Source: Flavobacteriaceae bacterium
GTDB taxonomy: Bacteria; Bacteroidota; Bacteroidia; Flavobacteriales; Flavobacteriaceae
Direction: 5' to 3'
NCBI GenBank assembly: GCA_013001365.1
Contig: JABDMQ010000344.1
Span: 1-56,856, forward strand
DNA: 56,856 bases
Shown: one piece after another, positions 1 to 9,442 of the stretch
Numbering within the stretch: position 1 is the first letter of the stretch
Layout of the letters: each line of letters starts with the position of its first letter
The notes under the pieces: model-generated
What the model saw: only the letters and a program-made list of their open reading frames with translations
The model's database searches: none
What the model was told of the DNA's origin: nothing
Made by a program: the position numbers and the translations under genes

Positions 1-2
1 CA

Positions 3-2939
3 ATAACTGTGCAACCTGCCACAGAAGGACAGCATTGTTATACTTATAGAGTAGTTGATGATTTTGGCTGTGAATATGCCGAGCAAGTTTGCGTTGATGT
101 ACTTCCTGAAATAGTAACGGATATTCCTAATGATCTATTTACTTGTGATACTGGCATGCCGCCTTATTTTTTCGACCTTTCGCAAAATACAGCAATAGTC
201 CTTGCAAGTGCAACGAATGCTTCAGATTTATTGGTGACTTATCATAATTCTTTAGCTGATGCAATGAATGACGCGGCTCCGATTACGACGAGTACAAATT
301 ATTCTGGTACAGATGGTGAAGAAATATTCATAAGGATAGAATATTTAAGTTCTGGGTGTCATGTGACCGATTCATTTTTCTTGAATGTACAGGGCCAGCC
401 AACAATCAATCCAGTTGCAGATCTGGAGGTCTGCGACGATAGCAGCAACGATGGTATGTCGCAATTCGATCTTGAAAGTCAATCCCTGACTATACTTGGG
501 GCACAGCCGGCGACAGACTTTGAAGTTACCTATCATTTGTCCTTCGCAGATGCAGACAGCGACACAGGAGCTCTTACAAGTCCTTATACCAACGTTAATA
601 ATCCTGAGCTGATCTTTGTACGTGTTGAGAACATTGCTGATTCTAATTGTTACAATGTTTCAGCGCTGCCATTATTTAATTTGATCGTTAATAATACAGG
701 AATTGCCAATGGAGTTGGGGATTTTGAGGTTTGTGACTTGAATGGAGATGGCTTGGAAATCTTCGATTTGACCAGTCAAACAGCTACGATTCTAGGAGCG
801 CAAATGCCAGCGGATGTCACAATAAGTTTTCATGAATCTCAAGCCGATGCAGATAATAATGTCGCTCCTATAGCAACACCTAATGCGCATACCAATGTAG
901 GCAATCCACAAACCATTTATGTAAGGGTAGAAGACAACATAAATACGATCTGCTATACAACGACAGCTTTTGATCTTATTGTCAACTCGATTCCACCTGT
1001 GGTCGTTCCAGCACCGTTGCAACTCTGTGATGACTCTGTTGCAGATGGAATAACAGTATTTGACCTAACAGTTAAGGACGGCGCTCTTACAGGCGGAAAT
1101 GCTGATTACATAGTGACCTATTACGAAACGATGTTGGATGCTGTAAATGATACCTCACCAATACCTGATCCATCTAATTATAATAGTAATGCAAACCCTC
1201 AAACATTATATGTGCGAGTAACGGACACAGTAACAAGTTGCTTTAGTACAACAACTTTAGAAATAGAGGTATTAGCGAATCCATTGCCAGAGACAGACCC
1301 AGATGATATTGTATTATGTGATGATGTCAATACAGGTGATAATGTCGAGGTCTTCGACCTTACGGTCAATGAAGTCCAGATTCTGAATGGCCAGGCAGGA
1401 AATATCTTGACCTATCATAATAGTTTCAATGATGCTGAACAAAATATTGGAGCAATCGCAACACCAACCAATTATACGAATGCATCGAATCCAGAAACCA
1501 TATTTGTCAGGGTCGTAAACCCTCAAGGTTGTTTTACCGTTGTCGATTTTGATTTATTGGTGAATCCGTTACCAGAAGTCATTGCAGTTCCAGATCTTAT
1601 TGAATGTGAACTGAATACGGATGGTCTATTTGATTTCGACTTAGAAAGCAAGACCAATGAGCTCTTGAACGGTCAATCTCCGGCAATTTTTGCCGTGACT
1701 TATCATGTAAGCCAGATAGATGCCGATAACAACGCTAATCCGTTAGTTAGTCCTTATACTAATGTGCTTGGAAATCCTCAAACAATTTATGTGAGTATTA
1801 CAAATACCACAACTGGCTGTTCGATCAGTACCGTTGAATTCAATATTGAAGTTAGGGATCAACCGACCGCAACTGCACCGGCTAACGATTATGTAATCTG
1901 CGATTATTTTGGGGATAATGATGGAGTTGCAGAATTCGACCTATCCACTCAAGATGCAGAAATACTTAATGGGCAATTGCCAGCAGATTTCACTGTAACC
2001 TATTTTGCAGGTCAGATGGATGCTATCGATGGAGTTAATGCACTTATGAACATTTATGAAAATACAAGCAATCCACAAGTGATCTATGCAAGGGTAGATA
2101 ACAATAGTGGTATTTGCTATGAATTGGTCGAAGTAACTCTAAGGGTTCAACCGATTCCGGTCTTTAGCTTGAATGAGAATTATGTGATTTGTTTAGACGG
2201 GGACGGCAATGTAATAGTTAATGGAAACTCGCCGCCTGTTATAGATACGGGACTATCAGATGCCGATTTCACTTTTGAATGGAGTTATGAAGGTACAGTA
2301 TTGCCAGGTGAGAGCTTGTCAACATTAACGGCAAACCAAGCTGGGAATTATAGCGTAGCAGTTGCAGATATAAGTGGTCTTGGCTGCATTGGTGATGCCT
2401 CGACAGTAGTTTTACCAAGTACAGCACCAATAGTTGAAGCCGAAGTAACAACAGATGCTTTCGCAGATAATCATATTGTTGAGGTCACAGCTACAGGAAA
2501 TGGTGAGTATGAGTTCAGTATCGACGGAGGACCATGGGAATTAGGCACTGACAATGGTAATGGTACTTATTCGTATACATTCACGAATGTCAACCCACCA
2601 GGGGAACACTTAGTAACTGCAAGGGATCGTCAAGGATGTGGTGAGGATAGTGAAACGGTATTTGTTTTTGATTATCCATTGTTCTTTACACCTAATTCTG
2701 ATGGTTATAATGATACTTGGAATATAATTGATTTCTCAGGTCAGCCTTCAGCAAAGATTTTCATTTACGATCGTTATGGCAAGTTGCTGAAACAAATTAG
2801 CCCTTCAGGCAATGGCTGGAATGGTACTTTTAATGGTACTCCATTACCTTCCACAGATTATTGGTTCACTGTTACTTACATAGAGCCTAGAGATGGCACG
2901 CAAAAGAATTTCAGGTCGCATTTCACACTTAAAAGATAA
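3..2939 (+). CDS. Large secreted repeat adhesin-like protein, 5'-truncated by the window edge, with a T9SS type-B (CHU_C / gliding-motility-associated) C-terminal sorting domain
   Basis: The frame is open back to nt 3, and the track start at 9 is an internal GTG. There are seven tandem ~95-100 aa modules, with the conserved Cys at aa 46/142/242/340/437/532/631 of the track ORF. The recurring pattern is CD..DG..FDL ... TYH.S..DA..N ... NPQTIYVRV ... C. The C-terminus FFTPNSDGYNDTWNI ... IYDRYGKLL ... WNGT ... DYWF is the hallmark of the type-B T9SS CTD. Confidence 0.85.
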   Translation: MTVQPATEGQHCYTYRVVDDFGCEYAEQVCVDVLPEIVTDIPNDLFTCDTGMPPYFFDLSQNTAIVLASATNASDLLVTYHNSLADAMNDAAPITTSTNYSGTDGEEIFIRIEYLSSGCHVTDSFFLNVQGQPTINPVADLEVCDDSSNDGMSQFDLESQSLTILGAQPATDFEVTYHLSFADADSDTGALTSPYTNVNNPELIFVRVENIADSNCYNVSALPLFNLIVNNTGIANGVGDFEVCDLNGDGLEIFDLTSQTATILGAQMPADVTISFHESQADADNNVAPIATPNAHTNVGNPQTIYVRVEDNINTICYTTTAFDLIVNSIPPVVVPAPLQLCDDSVADGITVFDLTVKDGALTGGNADYIVTYYETMLDAVNDTSPIPDPSNYNSNANPQTLYVRVTDTVTSCFSTTTLEIEVLANPLPETDPDDIVLCDDVNTGDNVEVFDLTVNEVQILNGQAGNILTYHNSFNDAEQNIGAIATPTNYTNASNPETIFVRVVNPQGCFTVVDFDLLVNPLPEVIAVPDLIECELNTDGLFDFDLESKTNELLNGQSPAIFAVTYHVSQIDADNNANPLVSPYTNVLGNPQTIYVSITNTTTGCSISTVEFNIEVRDQPTATAPANDYVICDYFGDNDGVAEFDLSTQDAEILNGQLPADFTVTYFAGQMDAIDGVNALMNIYENTSNPQVIYARVDNNSGICYELVEVTLRVQPIPVFSLNENYVICLDGDGNVIVNGNSPPVIDTGLSDADFTFEWSYEGTVLPGESLSTLTANQAGNYSVAVADISGLGCIGDASTVVLPSTAPIVEAEVTTDAFADNHIVEVTATGNGEYEFSIDGGPWELGTDNGNGTYSYTFTNVNPPGEHLVTARDRQGCGEDSETVFVFDYPLFFTPNSDGYNDTWNIIDFSGQPSAKIFIYDRYGKLLKQISPSGNGWNGTFNGTPLPSTDYWFTVTYIEPRDGTQKNFRSHFTLKR

Positions 2940-2948
2940 ACTTTGAAT

Positions 2949-2984
2949 AAAAAATGCCCGAATTAATATCGGGCATTATTTATT
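2949..2984. terminator. Bidirectional Rho-independent terminator between convergent genes
   Basis: The stem is aatgcccga / tcgggcatt (2953-2961 / 2969-2977) with a 7-nt loop. An A-run lies upstream and a T-rich tract downstream. Confidence 0.7.
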
Positions 2985-3003
2985 CTAGTAACCGTTTTGA
3001 TTC

Positions 3004-4521
3004 CTAGAGAGTGAATCCTAGGGATAACATGATATTGGTATTTTTTGTATCCAAAGAAGCTGCATCAGTAAATCCAACATCAAAGAATTGGTACTCACTT
3101 TCTCTTTGACTTTGATCGAAAGAAAGGTCTAATTTTGTATTTCCAAAGCTGTAACCTAAACCAAGAGAATAGCCAGTCAGGTCACCAACTATATCGGTAT
3201 TTTCATAAGGGCTTTCTTCAAATCGATAACCTCCTCTGAAACTGAAATTACCATGTCTGTATTCGCCACCCATTTTATATGAATTGGCGGCTTTGAGGCT
3301 ATTGCTCAAAATGTTGTTCTGTGCTACAAAATAAGCATCAGATTCAGGTTTGAATTTAGTATTGGAATAATCCTTGCGTGAGTAATCAAAACTAAGAATC
3401 CCTTTTTGGTCAAAGACCAAGGCTGCACTTCCTGTGATCTTTCCGGGTGTTTGAATTTTATAATCTGGATATATGTTAACGACCTGTGGGTCTACGGTAG
3501 CAGAAGTTGGAATGCCACCGTCATCTCTTAAAGTAGAGATGAATTGTGTTGTTTCTTCTTGAAATCTCAACCAAGTTGGAGAATTATAGGTCAATCCAAC
3601 TCGTAATCGATCACTGACCTTTGCAATACCGCCAAGCTGAAATGAAAAACCAGTTCCGGTAGTTGAAAGAACGTTCTCAAATCCTATTTCATTAACAATG
3701 GATCCTACGTTGTTATTTCCTTCGTAGAAATAAGAAAGACGATCATAATTGACGAAATGAGAATTAAGATTCAATCCTAGATAAATATTATCTTGATATT
3801 GAGTTGCAAGATTGAAACTGAACTTGCCATTATATCCTGATGAGGCCAAGGTGTAATCTTGCTCGAAACTACCAGGAGCAACATTGGAGGTATAGACCGT
3901 GTTATCGTCTGTATCACTCTGAGGCTCTAGAATGTAAGATTCGTATCCTAGGAATGCTTGTTGATGGGTATATCCAAAAATTTCTCCGATATCTAGATAG
4001 GCATCGCTGATGGACTCTCCAGGAAAGGCAGAGATTTCGTCTAAACGCAAGCCTTGAGCATTGGCCAAGAAGTATTCATCGATAGATTGGTTATTAGTGC
4101 CAAATGCGAACCAATCGTCATCGTAGTTCTGAATTTTATCATAAGCGAATCCGAAAACGAATTTCCTCCAATCGGAGTTCGTATTGGTGTTATTAAAAAC
4201 AAACACCACGCCTGTTTGATTAAGGTCAAAATCGGAATTAGATGAAGAATTGAAGCCATTGAAAAAGGATATGTCATTATCCTTGCTTTCGTTCGATAAA
4301 GTTAGCGATGCATGACTTCTGCTAAAGATTGCAGATCCAGCAGGATTGATGCTAACAGCAGACATATCGCCTCCAAGTGCTCCAAATGCTCCGCTCATTG
4401 CCCTATATCTAGCAGTTCCTCTTATTTCATCTTCTGAGTAACGCAGGGCATCTTGAATACCTTGAGCGTTCGAAATAGACATAGATAGTATACCTATGAA
4501 TAGTAAAATTAACTTTTTCAT
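3004..4521 (-). CDS. Outer-membrane beta-barrel protein, FadL/TodX-like (505 aa)
   Basis: It has a signal peptide (MKKLILLFIGILSMSISNAQ). The N-terminal segment RYRAMSGAFGALGGDMSAVSINPAGSA resembles the FadL/OMPP1 family. Alternating aromatic/Gly strands run throughout. It lies 29 nt downstream of the preceding lipoprotein gene on the same strand. Confidence 0.55.
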   Translation of the reverse strand: MKKLILLFIGILSMSISNAQGIQDALRYSEDEIRGTARYRAMSGAFGALGGDMSAVSINPAGSAIFSRSHASLTLSNESKDNDISFFNGFNSSSNSDFDLNQTGVVFVFNNTNTNSDWRKFVFGFAYDKIQNYDDDWFAFGTNNQSIDEYFLANAQGLRLDEISAFPGESISDAYLDIGEIFGYTHQQAFLGYESYILEPQSDTDDNTVYTSNVAPGSFEQDYTLASSGYNGKFSFNLATQYQDNIYLGLNLNSHFVNYDRLSYFYEGNNNVGSIVNEIGFENVLSTTGTGFSFQLGGIAKVSDRLRVGLTYNSPTWLRFQEETTQFISTLRDDGGIPTSATVDPQVVNIYPDYKIQTPGKITGSAALVFDQKGILSFDYSRKDYSNTKFKPESDAYFVAQNNILSNSLKAANSYKMGGEYRHGNFSFRGGYRFEESPYENTDIVGDLTGYSLGLGYSFGNTKLDLSFDQSQRESEYQFFDVGFTDAASLDTKNTNIMLSLGFTL

Positions 4522-4550
4522 ATTACAGTTTTTAATGCTAAGACTTGTGA

Positions 4551-5573
4551 TTAATTATTACGCCTTCCACTTGATCGTCCAGCAGAAGAAGATGATCGAC
4601 TACTGCTTGAAGAACGAGAAAAACCTGAACTTCTTGATGATGAAGGTCGACTAAAATTTGATGACCTTCTTGTCGAATTATTGTTTCGTCTAACAGAATT
4701 ATTGTTCGATCTTCGTGGCGTATTCACGCGAGTTCTTGTATTTGAATTATTGTTCCTACGAGGTGAATTCACTCTGGTGCCAATATTACTGTTATTTCTT
4801 CGAGGCCTCACACTTGAATTGTTTGAGTTACTCCTCCTGCTTCTATTATATGTTGAATTACGATTTACTGAGTTTCTTCGAGAAATAGAATAGTTATTCC
4901 TATTTGTAGTCAAGTTACGGTTAATCATACTTCCCCTGCGTCCAGAATTGAAGGCCAAACTTCTTCCATAATACCTATTACCGTAAAAGCCACCATAAAA
5001 ACCAGGACCCCAGAACGGATCGTAGAAGCCTCCCCAGCCCCAACCGGTGTTCCAGCCCCAGCCAGCATTCCAGCCCCAGCCGTTATTCCATCCCCAATTG
5101 TTCCATCCCCAGCCGTAATTCCATCTATTCCATCTGTTCCATCCAAATCCGTAGCCATACCAAGGTCTTCCCCACCACCAATTGTTGTAGCCAAAGCCAT
5201 TATTTATGTTAATGGTGACTTGGGTATTGTCTTGTCCCCAACCAGCGTAACCAGTTGGATCGAATTCCAAGGAATCATTTTCAGAATAGCTGCCTTCATA
5301 GGAGTCTATATCCGTAAAAATCTCATTCTCTTGTGCAATAGCATCAAGTTCCTGAGATTTTTCTGCGAAGTAATTTTTATAGTAAGTATTGTTGTTTTGT
5401 TCAACATCTCTTTCAGTGCGTTGTTCTTGATATTCAACACGGCGTTCAGAAACTCCATAGATATCATCTTCATATCCCGCATATTGATAGGACCCACAGG
5501 ATGAAAGTCCGAGTAAAACGCCTAAAGCTGCAACCATTGGCATTTTATCTTTTAAGTAAATCTTAAGTTGCAT
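4551..5573 (-). CDS. Low-complexity lipoprotein with a W/G/N-repeat core and an Arg/Ser/Asn-rich tail (340 aa)
   Basis: A lipobox-like LGLSSCGS follows the signal sequence. An acidic N-terminal part precedes the repeat GWGWNNWGWNNGWGWNAGWGWNTGWGWGG. A ~140-aa tail is made almost only of R, S, N, T and P. The long ORF is kept open despite the extreme composition, and it sits in an apparent operon with the barrel gene. Confidence 0.6.
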   Translation of the reverse strand: MQLKIYLKDKMPMVAALGVLLGLSSCGSYQYAGYEDDIYGVSERRVEYQEQRTERDVEQNNNTYYKNYFAEKSQELDAIAQENEIFTDIDSYEGSYSENDSLEFDPTGYAGWGQDNTQVTININNGFGYNNWWWGRPWYGYGFGWNRWNRWNYGWGWNNWGWNNGWGWNAGWGWNTGWGWGGFYDPFWGPGFYGGFYGNRYYGRSLAFNSGRRGSMINRNLTTNRNNYSISRRNSVNRNSTYNRSRRSNSNNSSVRPRRNNSNIGTRVNSPRRNNNSNTRTRVNTPRRSNNNSVRRNNNSTRRSSNFSRPSSSRSSGFSRSSSSSRSSSSAGRSSGRRNN

Positions 5574-5611
5574 ATCTCTTCAATTTAATTGTTGAACATA
5601 ACAAAAATAGT

Positions 5612-5619
5612 TAGTTTTG
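5612..5619 (+). promoter_or_regulatory. Candidate Bacteroidota -7 box (TAnnTTTG) for proS
   Basis: TAGTTTTG lies 55 nt upstream of the proS ATG. A second near-match, AATATTTG, lies closer to the gene. Confidence 0.35.
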
Positions 5620-5673
5620 CTGAACTATTTTCTTATTTAACATAGACACAATATTTGTGCCAAAAAAAGGTAT

Positions 5674-7152
5674 ATGGGCAAAAATCTTACCAGTAGGGCT
5701 GAGGATTATTCAAAATGGTATAACGAACTGGTGGTTAAAGCCGACCTAGCTGAGAATTCTGCTGTACGAGGCTGCATGGTGATCAAACCTTATGGTTATG
5801 CTATATGGGAGAAGATGCAAGCAGAATTAGACCGTATGTTCAAGGAAACAGGCCATCAGAACGCTTATTTTCCTTTATTCGTGCCCAAGAGCCTTTTTGA
5901 GGCGGAGGAGAAAAACGCTGAAGGATTTGCTAAGGAATGCGCAATAGTAACACATTACAGACTTGAGAACGATCCTGAGAAAGAAGGAAAACTTAGGGTG
6001 GATCCTGATGCGAAACTTGAAGAGGAATTAATTGTACGACCTACTAGTGAGGCGATCATCTGGAATACTTATAAGGGGTGGATTCAATCATATAGAGACC
6101 TTCCCTTGCTAATAAATCAATGGGCCAATGTCGTTAGGTGGGAAATGCGAACTCGCTTGTTCTTAAGAACCGCGGAGTTTCTTTGGCAAGAAGGTCATAC
6201 GGCTCATGCTACTAGAGAAGAAGCATTTCAGGAAGCGGAGTTAATGAATAATGTCTATGCTGAATTCGCTGAGAATTTCATGGCCATTCCTGTAATTAAG
6301 GGTGTTAAGACAGAGAGTGAGAGATTTGCAGGGGCAGAGGAAACCTTCTGTATTGAGGCCTTGATGCAAGATGGTAAGGCATTGCAAGCTGGAACCTCTC
6401 ATTTCCTAGGACAGAATTTCGCGAAGGCCTTTGACGTTAAGTTCACTTCAAAAGAAGGCAAACAAGACTATGTTTGGGCAACATCATGGGGAGTTTCTAC
6501 GAGGTTAATGGGTGCACTGATCATGACGCATAGTGACGATAGTGGATTAGTGTTACCACCAAATCTGGCGCCATATCAAGTCGTAATTGTGCCGATTCAT
6601 AAAACTGAAGAACAACTTGAGAATATTATAGCCTTGTCTAATGAGCTAATCAAGGATTTCAGGAGTAAAGGAATATCGGTTAAATTGGATGATAGGGACA
6701 CACATAGGCCTGGAGCGAAATTCGCTGAACACGAACTAAAAGGAGTTCCGTTAAGAATAGCCATAGGCCCTAAGGACCTTGAAAATGGAACAGTAGAGCT
6801 CGCTAGACGTGATACCTTTGAAAAACAATCTGTTTCATCAGGTGAAATCGCTGAAAAAGTAGAAAGTACTTTAAAGGAAATGCAAGAAACCTTGTATACC
6901 AAAGCCTTGGAATTTCGGGAATCACATACGACCGAGGTGAATGATTTTGAGGAATTCAAAGAAGTTCTTGAAACGAAAACGGGCTTCTTATCTGCTCATT
7001 GGGACGGTACGGCGGAGACTGAGAACAAGATCAAGGAATTAACTAAGGCAACAATAAGATGTATTCCAATGGATTCAAAGAATGAACCTGGTAAATGTGT
7101 TTATTCTGGAAAACCATCAAATAGAAGGGTGTTATTTGCCAAAGCCTATTAA
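5674..7152 (+). CDS. proS: Proline--tRNA ligase (archaeal/eukaryote-like class II type, 492 aa)
   Basis: The N-terminus [25 protein letters not shown], the motif [16 protein letters not shown] and the C-terminal ...RVLFAKAY are typical of the short ProRS form found in Bacteroidota. Confidence 0.93.
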   Translation: MGKNLTSRAEDYSKWYNELVVKADLAENSAVRGCMVIKPYGYAIWEKMQAELDRMFKETGHQNAYFPLFVPKSLFEAEEKNAEGFAKECAIVTHYRLENDPEKEGKLRVDPDAKLEEELIVRPTSEAIIWNTYKGWIQSYRDLPLLINQWANVVRWEMRTRLFLRTAEFLWQEGHTAHATREEAFQEAELMNNVYAEFAENFMAIPVIKGVKTESERFAGAEETFCIEALMQDGKALQAGTSHFLGQNFAKAFDVKFTSKEGKQDYVWATSWGVSTRLMGALIMTHSDDSGLVLPPNLAPYQVVIVPIHKTEEQLENIIALSNELIKDFRSKGISVKLDDRDTHRPGAKFAEHELKGVPLRIAIGPKDLENGTVELARRDTFEKQSVSSGEIAEKVESTLKEMQETLYTKALEFRESHTTEVNDFEEFKEVLETKTGFLSAHWDGTAETENKIKELTKATIRCIPMDSKNEPGKCVYSGKPSNRRVLFAKAY

Positions 7153-7191
7153 TTTATTTTAAATAGGAGTTGTATCATTTAAAAATAGTTG

Positions 7192-7199
7192 TATTTTTG
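7192..7199 (+). promoter_or_regulatory. Candidate -7 box (TATTTTTG) for the tRNA-Glu/rpsT transcript
   Basis: TATTTTTG is followed by CATCCGC and lies ~40 nt upstream of the tRNA. The same TTTGCATCC(C)GC context occurs upstream of tRNA-Arg at 24867. Confidence 0.5.
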
Positions 7200-7239
7200 C
7201 ATCCGCTAAAGAACCATAACGGTTTTTTGTTGAAATAAT

Positions 7240-7311
7240 GGCCCGTTCGTCTATCGGCTAGGACGCCAGGTTTTCATCCTGGTAAGAGGGGTTCGATTCC
7301 CCTACGGGCTA
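7240..7311 (+). tRNA. tRNA-Glu (anticodon UUC)
   Basis: I folded the cloverleaf by hand. The acceptor stem is GGCCCGT / ACGGGCT. The anticodon stem is CCAGG / CCTGG with loop TT-TTC-AT. The T-arm is AGGGG-TTCGATT-CCCCT. CCA is not encoded. Confidence 0.9.
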
Positions 7312-7331
7312 CAAGTAATAAAACAGATAAT

Positions 7332-7583
7332 ATGGCAAACCATAAGTCAGCATTAAAAAGAATAAGAAGCAACGAGACCAAGCGCCTTAGAAACAGGTAT
7401 CAGCATAGGACAACTCGTAATGCAATTAAGAAATTTCGTGAATTGACCAAGAAAAAGGATGCTGAGAAAATGTTTCCTGAAGTAGTTTCGATGATCGACA
7501 GATTAGCAAAGCGAAATATTATTCATGATAATAAAGCAGCTAACCTAAAATCGAAATTGGCCAAGCACGTTGCTAGCTTATAA
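7332..7583 (+). CDS. rpsT: 30S ribosomal protein S20
   Basis: MANHKSALKRIRSNETKRLRNRYQHRTTRNAIKK is a canonical bS20 N-terminus. The product is 83 aa and basic. Confidence 0.93.
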   Translation: MANHKSALKRIRSNETKRLRNRYQHRTTRNAIKKFRELTKKKDAEKMFPEVVSMIDRLAKRNIIHDNKAANLKSKLAKHVASL

Positions 7584-7604
7584 GGTTTACTATAATTAAA
7601 GCAT

Positions 7605-7639
7605 AAAAAAAAAGCTTCTCGATCGAGAAGCTTTTTTTG
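7605..7639. terminator. Bidirectional Rho-independent terminator (rpsT / rho convergent)
   Basis: The sequence is a perfect palindrome, aaagcttctcgatcgagaagcttt, flanked by A9 upstream and T7 downstream. Confidence 0.85.
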
Positions 7640-7658
7640 TTTGACGTTATTCGTTTGA

Positions 7659-9248
7659 TTAACTATTCATTGAAATCAAGAATTCTTCGTTGTTCTTCGT
7701 TTGCCTGAAGCGATCGTTAATGAATTCCATTGCCTCAACAGGATTCATATCCGCAAGGTATTTACGCATTACCCACATTCTTTGAATCGTATTCTCATCC
7801 AATAGAATGTCGTCTCGTCGTGTACTAGATGAAGTAAGGTCGATTGCCGGGAATATTCTACGATTGGAAATCTTCCTATCCAATTGCAACTCCATGTTAC
7901 CAGTACCCTTGAACTCTTCAAAGATAACTTCGTCCATTTTGGATCCAGTTTCGGTCAAGGCCGTCGCAATTATGGTTAGTGAACCTCCGTTTTCGATTTT
8001 CCTTGCTGCACCGAAGAAACGTTTTGGTTTATGCAATGCATTAGCATCAACACCACCACTTAATATTTTTCCAGATGCTGGCTGTACCGTGTTATATGCT
8101 CTTGCCAGCCTAGTGATAGAATCAAGTAAGATTACAACATCATGTCCACATTCCACCAATCTTTTCGCTTTTTCAAGTACAATGTTAGCAATCTTAACAT
8201 GTTCATGCGCCTCTTTATCGAAAGTTGAAGCGATTACTTCGCCTCTCACATTTCGCTGCATGTCTGTTACCTCTTCAGGACGTTCATCTATAAGAAGGAT
8301 CATTTGATAAACTTCAGGATGATTGGCCGCTATGGCGTTTGCTACATCCTTAAGTAGCATTGTCTTACCTGTTTTAGGTTGCGATACGATCATGCCACGC
8401 TGTCCCTTACCAATAGGAGAGAACAAGTCCATGATTCTTGTAGAGATAGTAGCCTGTTTTTCTGCAATATTGAATTTTTCCTGTGGGAAAAGTGGTGTCA
8501 AATGTTCGAATGAGACCCTATCTCTTACAATTTCAGGATTTAGGCCATTTATTTTACTCACTTTAATAAGCGGAAAATATTTTTCGCCTTCCTTTGGCGG
8601 GCGAACATGACCAAGAACTGTATCTCCGGTCTTTAACCCAAATAACCTGATTTGAGATTGTGATACATAAATATCGTCTGGGGAAGAGAGATAATTATAA
8701 TCGGAAGATCTCAAGAATCCATAGCCATCTTGCATAATATCAAGAACGCCTTCACTTTCAATTATCGCGTCGAATTCAAAATCCGGTTCTCTATATCTAT
8801 TCCTACTATCCTTATTACCGTTTGGTCCTTGGTTTTGGTTTCGGTTTTTATTGTCCTTACGCTGCTGATTGTCTTTACGTTGATTATCGTGACGTTGACG
8901 ATTTTGGTTTTTAGGATTTTGAGTATGCTCCTTTTTCTGCTGTTGGCTAGCCTCCCGTTTATCTTGAGGCTGATTCTGCTTCTGGGCTTCTTTTTGCTGC
9001 TGAGCTTGAGGAGCCGCTTCAGGTTTCTTGTTTTCTGTAGGTTTTTCAGCAGGCTTGCGCTCTTGCCTTTGAGGTTTAGGTTTATTGTCCTGCTTTTGAG
9101 CTGGTGCAGGATTTGCTGCCTGATAATCCAGGATCTTGTAAACAAGGTCCAATTTCTTTTGGGTACGATACTTTGGGATATTGAGCTCTTTGGCAATATC
9201 TTGTAATTCAGGAAGCTTTTTTTCCTTTAATTGTGCAATTTCAAACAT
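7659..9248 (-). CDS. rho: Transcription termination factor Rho with a long low-complexity N-terminal insertion (529 aa)
   Basis: It has a Walker A ([15 protein letters not shown]), an RNA-binding CSD-like part ([14 protein letters not shown]) and a conserved C-terminus. A Q/K/N/P/R-rich tract of about 115 aa is inserted after aa ~44. Confidence 0.95.
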   Translation of the reverse strand: MFEIAQLKEKKLPELQDIAKELNIPKYRTQKKLDLVYKILDYQAANPAPAQKQDNKPKPQRQERKPAEKPTENKKPEAAPQAQQQKEAQKQNQPQDKREASQQQKKEHTQNPKNQNRQRHDNQRKDNQQRKDNKNRNQNQGPNGNKDSRNRYREPDFEFDAIIESEGVLDIMQDGYGFLRSSDYNYLSSPDDIYVSQSQIRLFGLKTGDTVLGHVRPPKEGEKYFPLIKVSKINGLNPEIVRDRVSFEHLTPLFPQEKFNIAEKQATISTRIMDLFSPIGKGQRGMIVSQPKTGKTMLLKDVANAIAANHPEVYQMILLIDERPEEVTDMQRNVRGEVIASTFDKEAHEHVKIANIVLEKAKRLVECGHDVVILLDSITRLARAYNTVQPASGKILSGGVDANALHKPKRFFGAARKIENGGSLTIIATALTETGSKMDEVIFEEFKGTGNMELQLDRKISNRRIFPAIDLTSSSTRRDDILLDENTIQRMWVMRKYLADMNPVEAMEFINDRFRQTKNNEEFLISMNS

Positions 9249-9417
9249 TGAATGTTTTTGTTATGTTAAGAATTTGAAATAAATGAGTTATTCCGAAGAA
9301 AAATTGATTTGAAATCTTAGAAGATTATGCAATTCAAACGGGTAAGAGTGTGAATTGTTATTGCAATTATACAACTTTATTTTAAATATTGACCTATGTT
9401 TTTTTAAAAGAAACAAC

Positions 9418-9425
9418 TATTTTTG
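9418..9425 (+). promoter_or_regulatory. Candidate -7 box (TATTTTTG) for the DUF4293 gene
   Basis: It lies 18 nt upstream of the ATG at 9443. It sits inside the TTG-started extension of the track ORF, which argues for the shorter start. Confidence 0.45.
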
Positions 9426-9442
9426 TAGCCGATTTTAATGAT

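Noticed and set aside
4681-5504. Several track ORFs (4681-4893 +, 4925-5200 -, 5220-5504 +, 5306-5497 -) overlap the W/G/RS lipoprotein gene.
   Set aside because: They are shadow ORFs produced by low-complexity DNA. Only the 340-aa frame has a signal peptide/lipobox and spans the whole interval.
7807-8307. A 166-aa antisense ORF lies inside rho. Similar antisense ORFs lie inside other genes: proS (6597-6959), the ABC exporter (11929-12381), cdaA (14759-15160), the antiporter (31673-32197), prfA (38830-39258) and icmF (43965-44327).
   Set aside because: All lie opposite strongly supported conserved genes and have no recognisable motifs. They are the usual shadow ORFs of AT-rich genomes.
8730-9206. 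Two long alternative-frame ORFs (8730-9206 +, 8762-9196 -) lie inside rho.
   Set aside because: They overlap the low-complexity insertion of an unambiguous rho gene. Their products are compositionally extreme (L/F/I or K/R/S/I runs), as expected from off-frame reading of an A/G-rich repeat.
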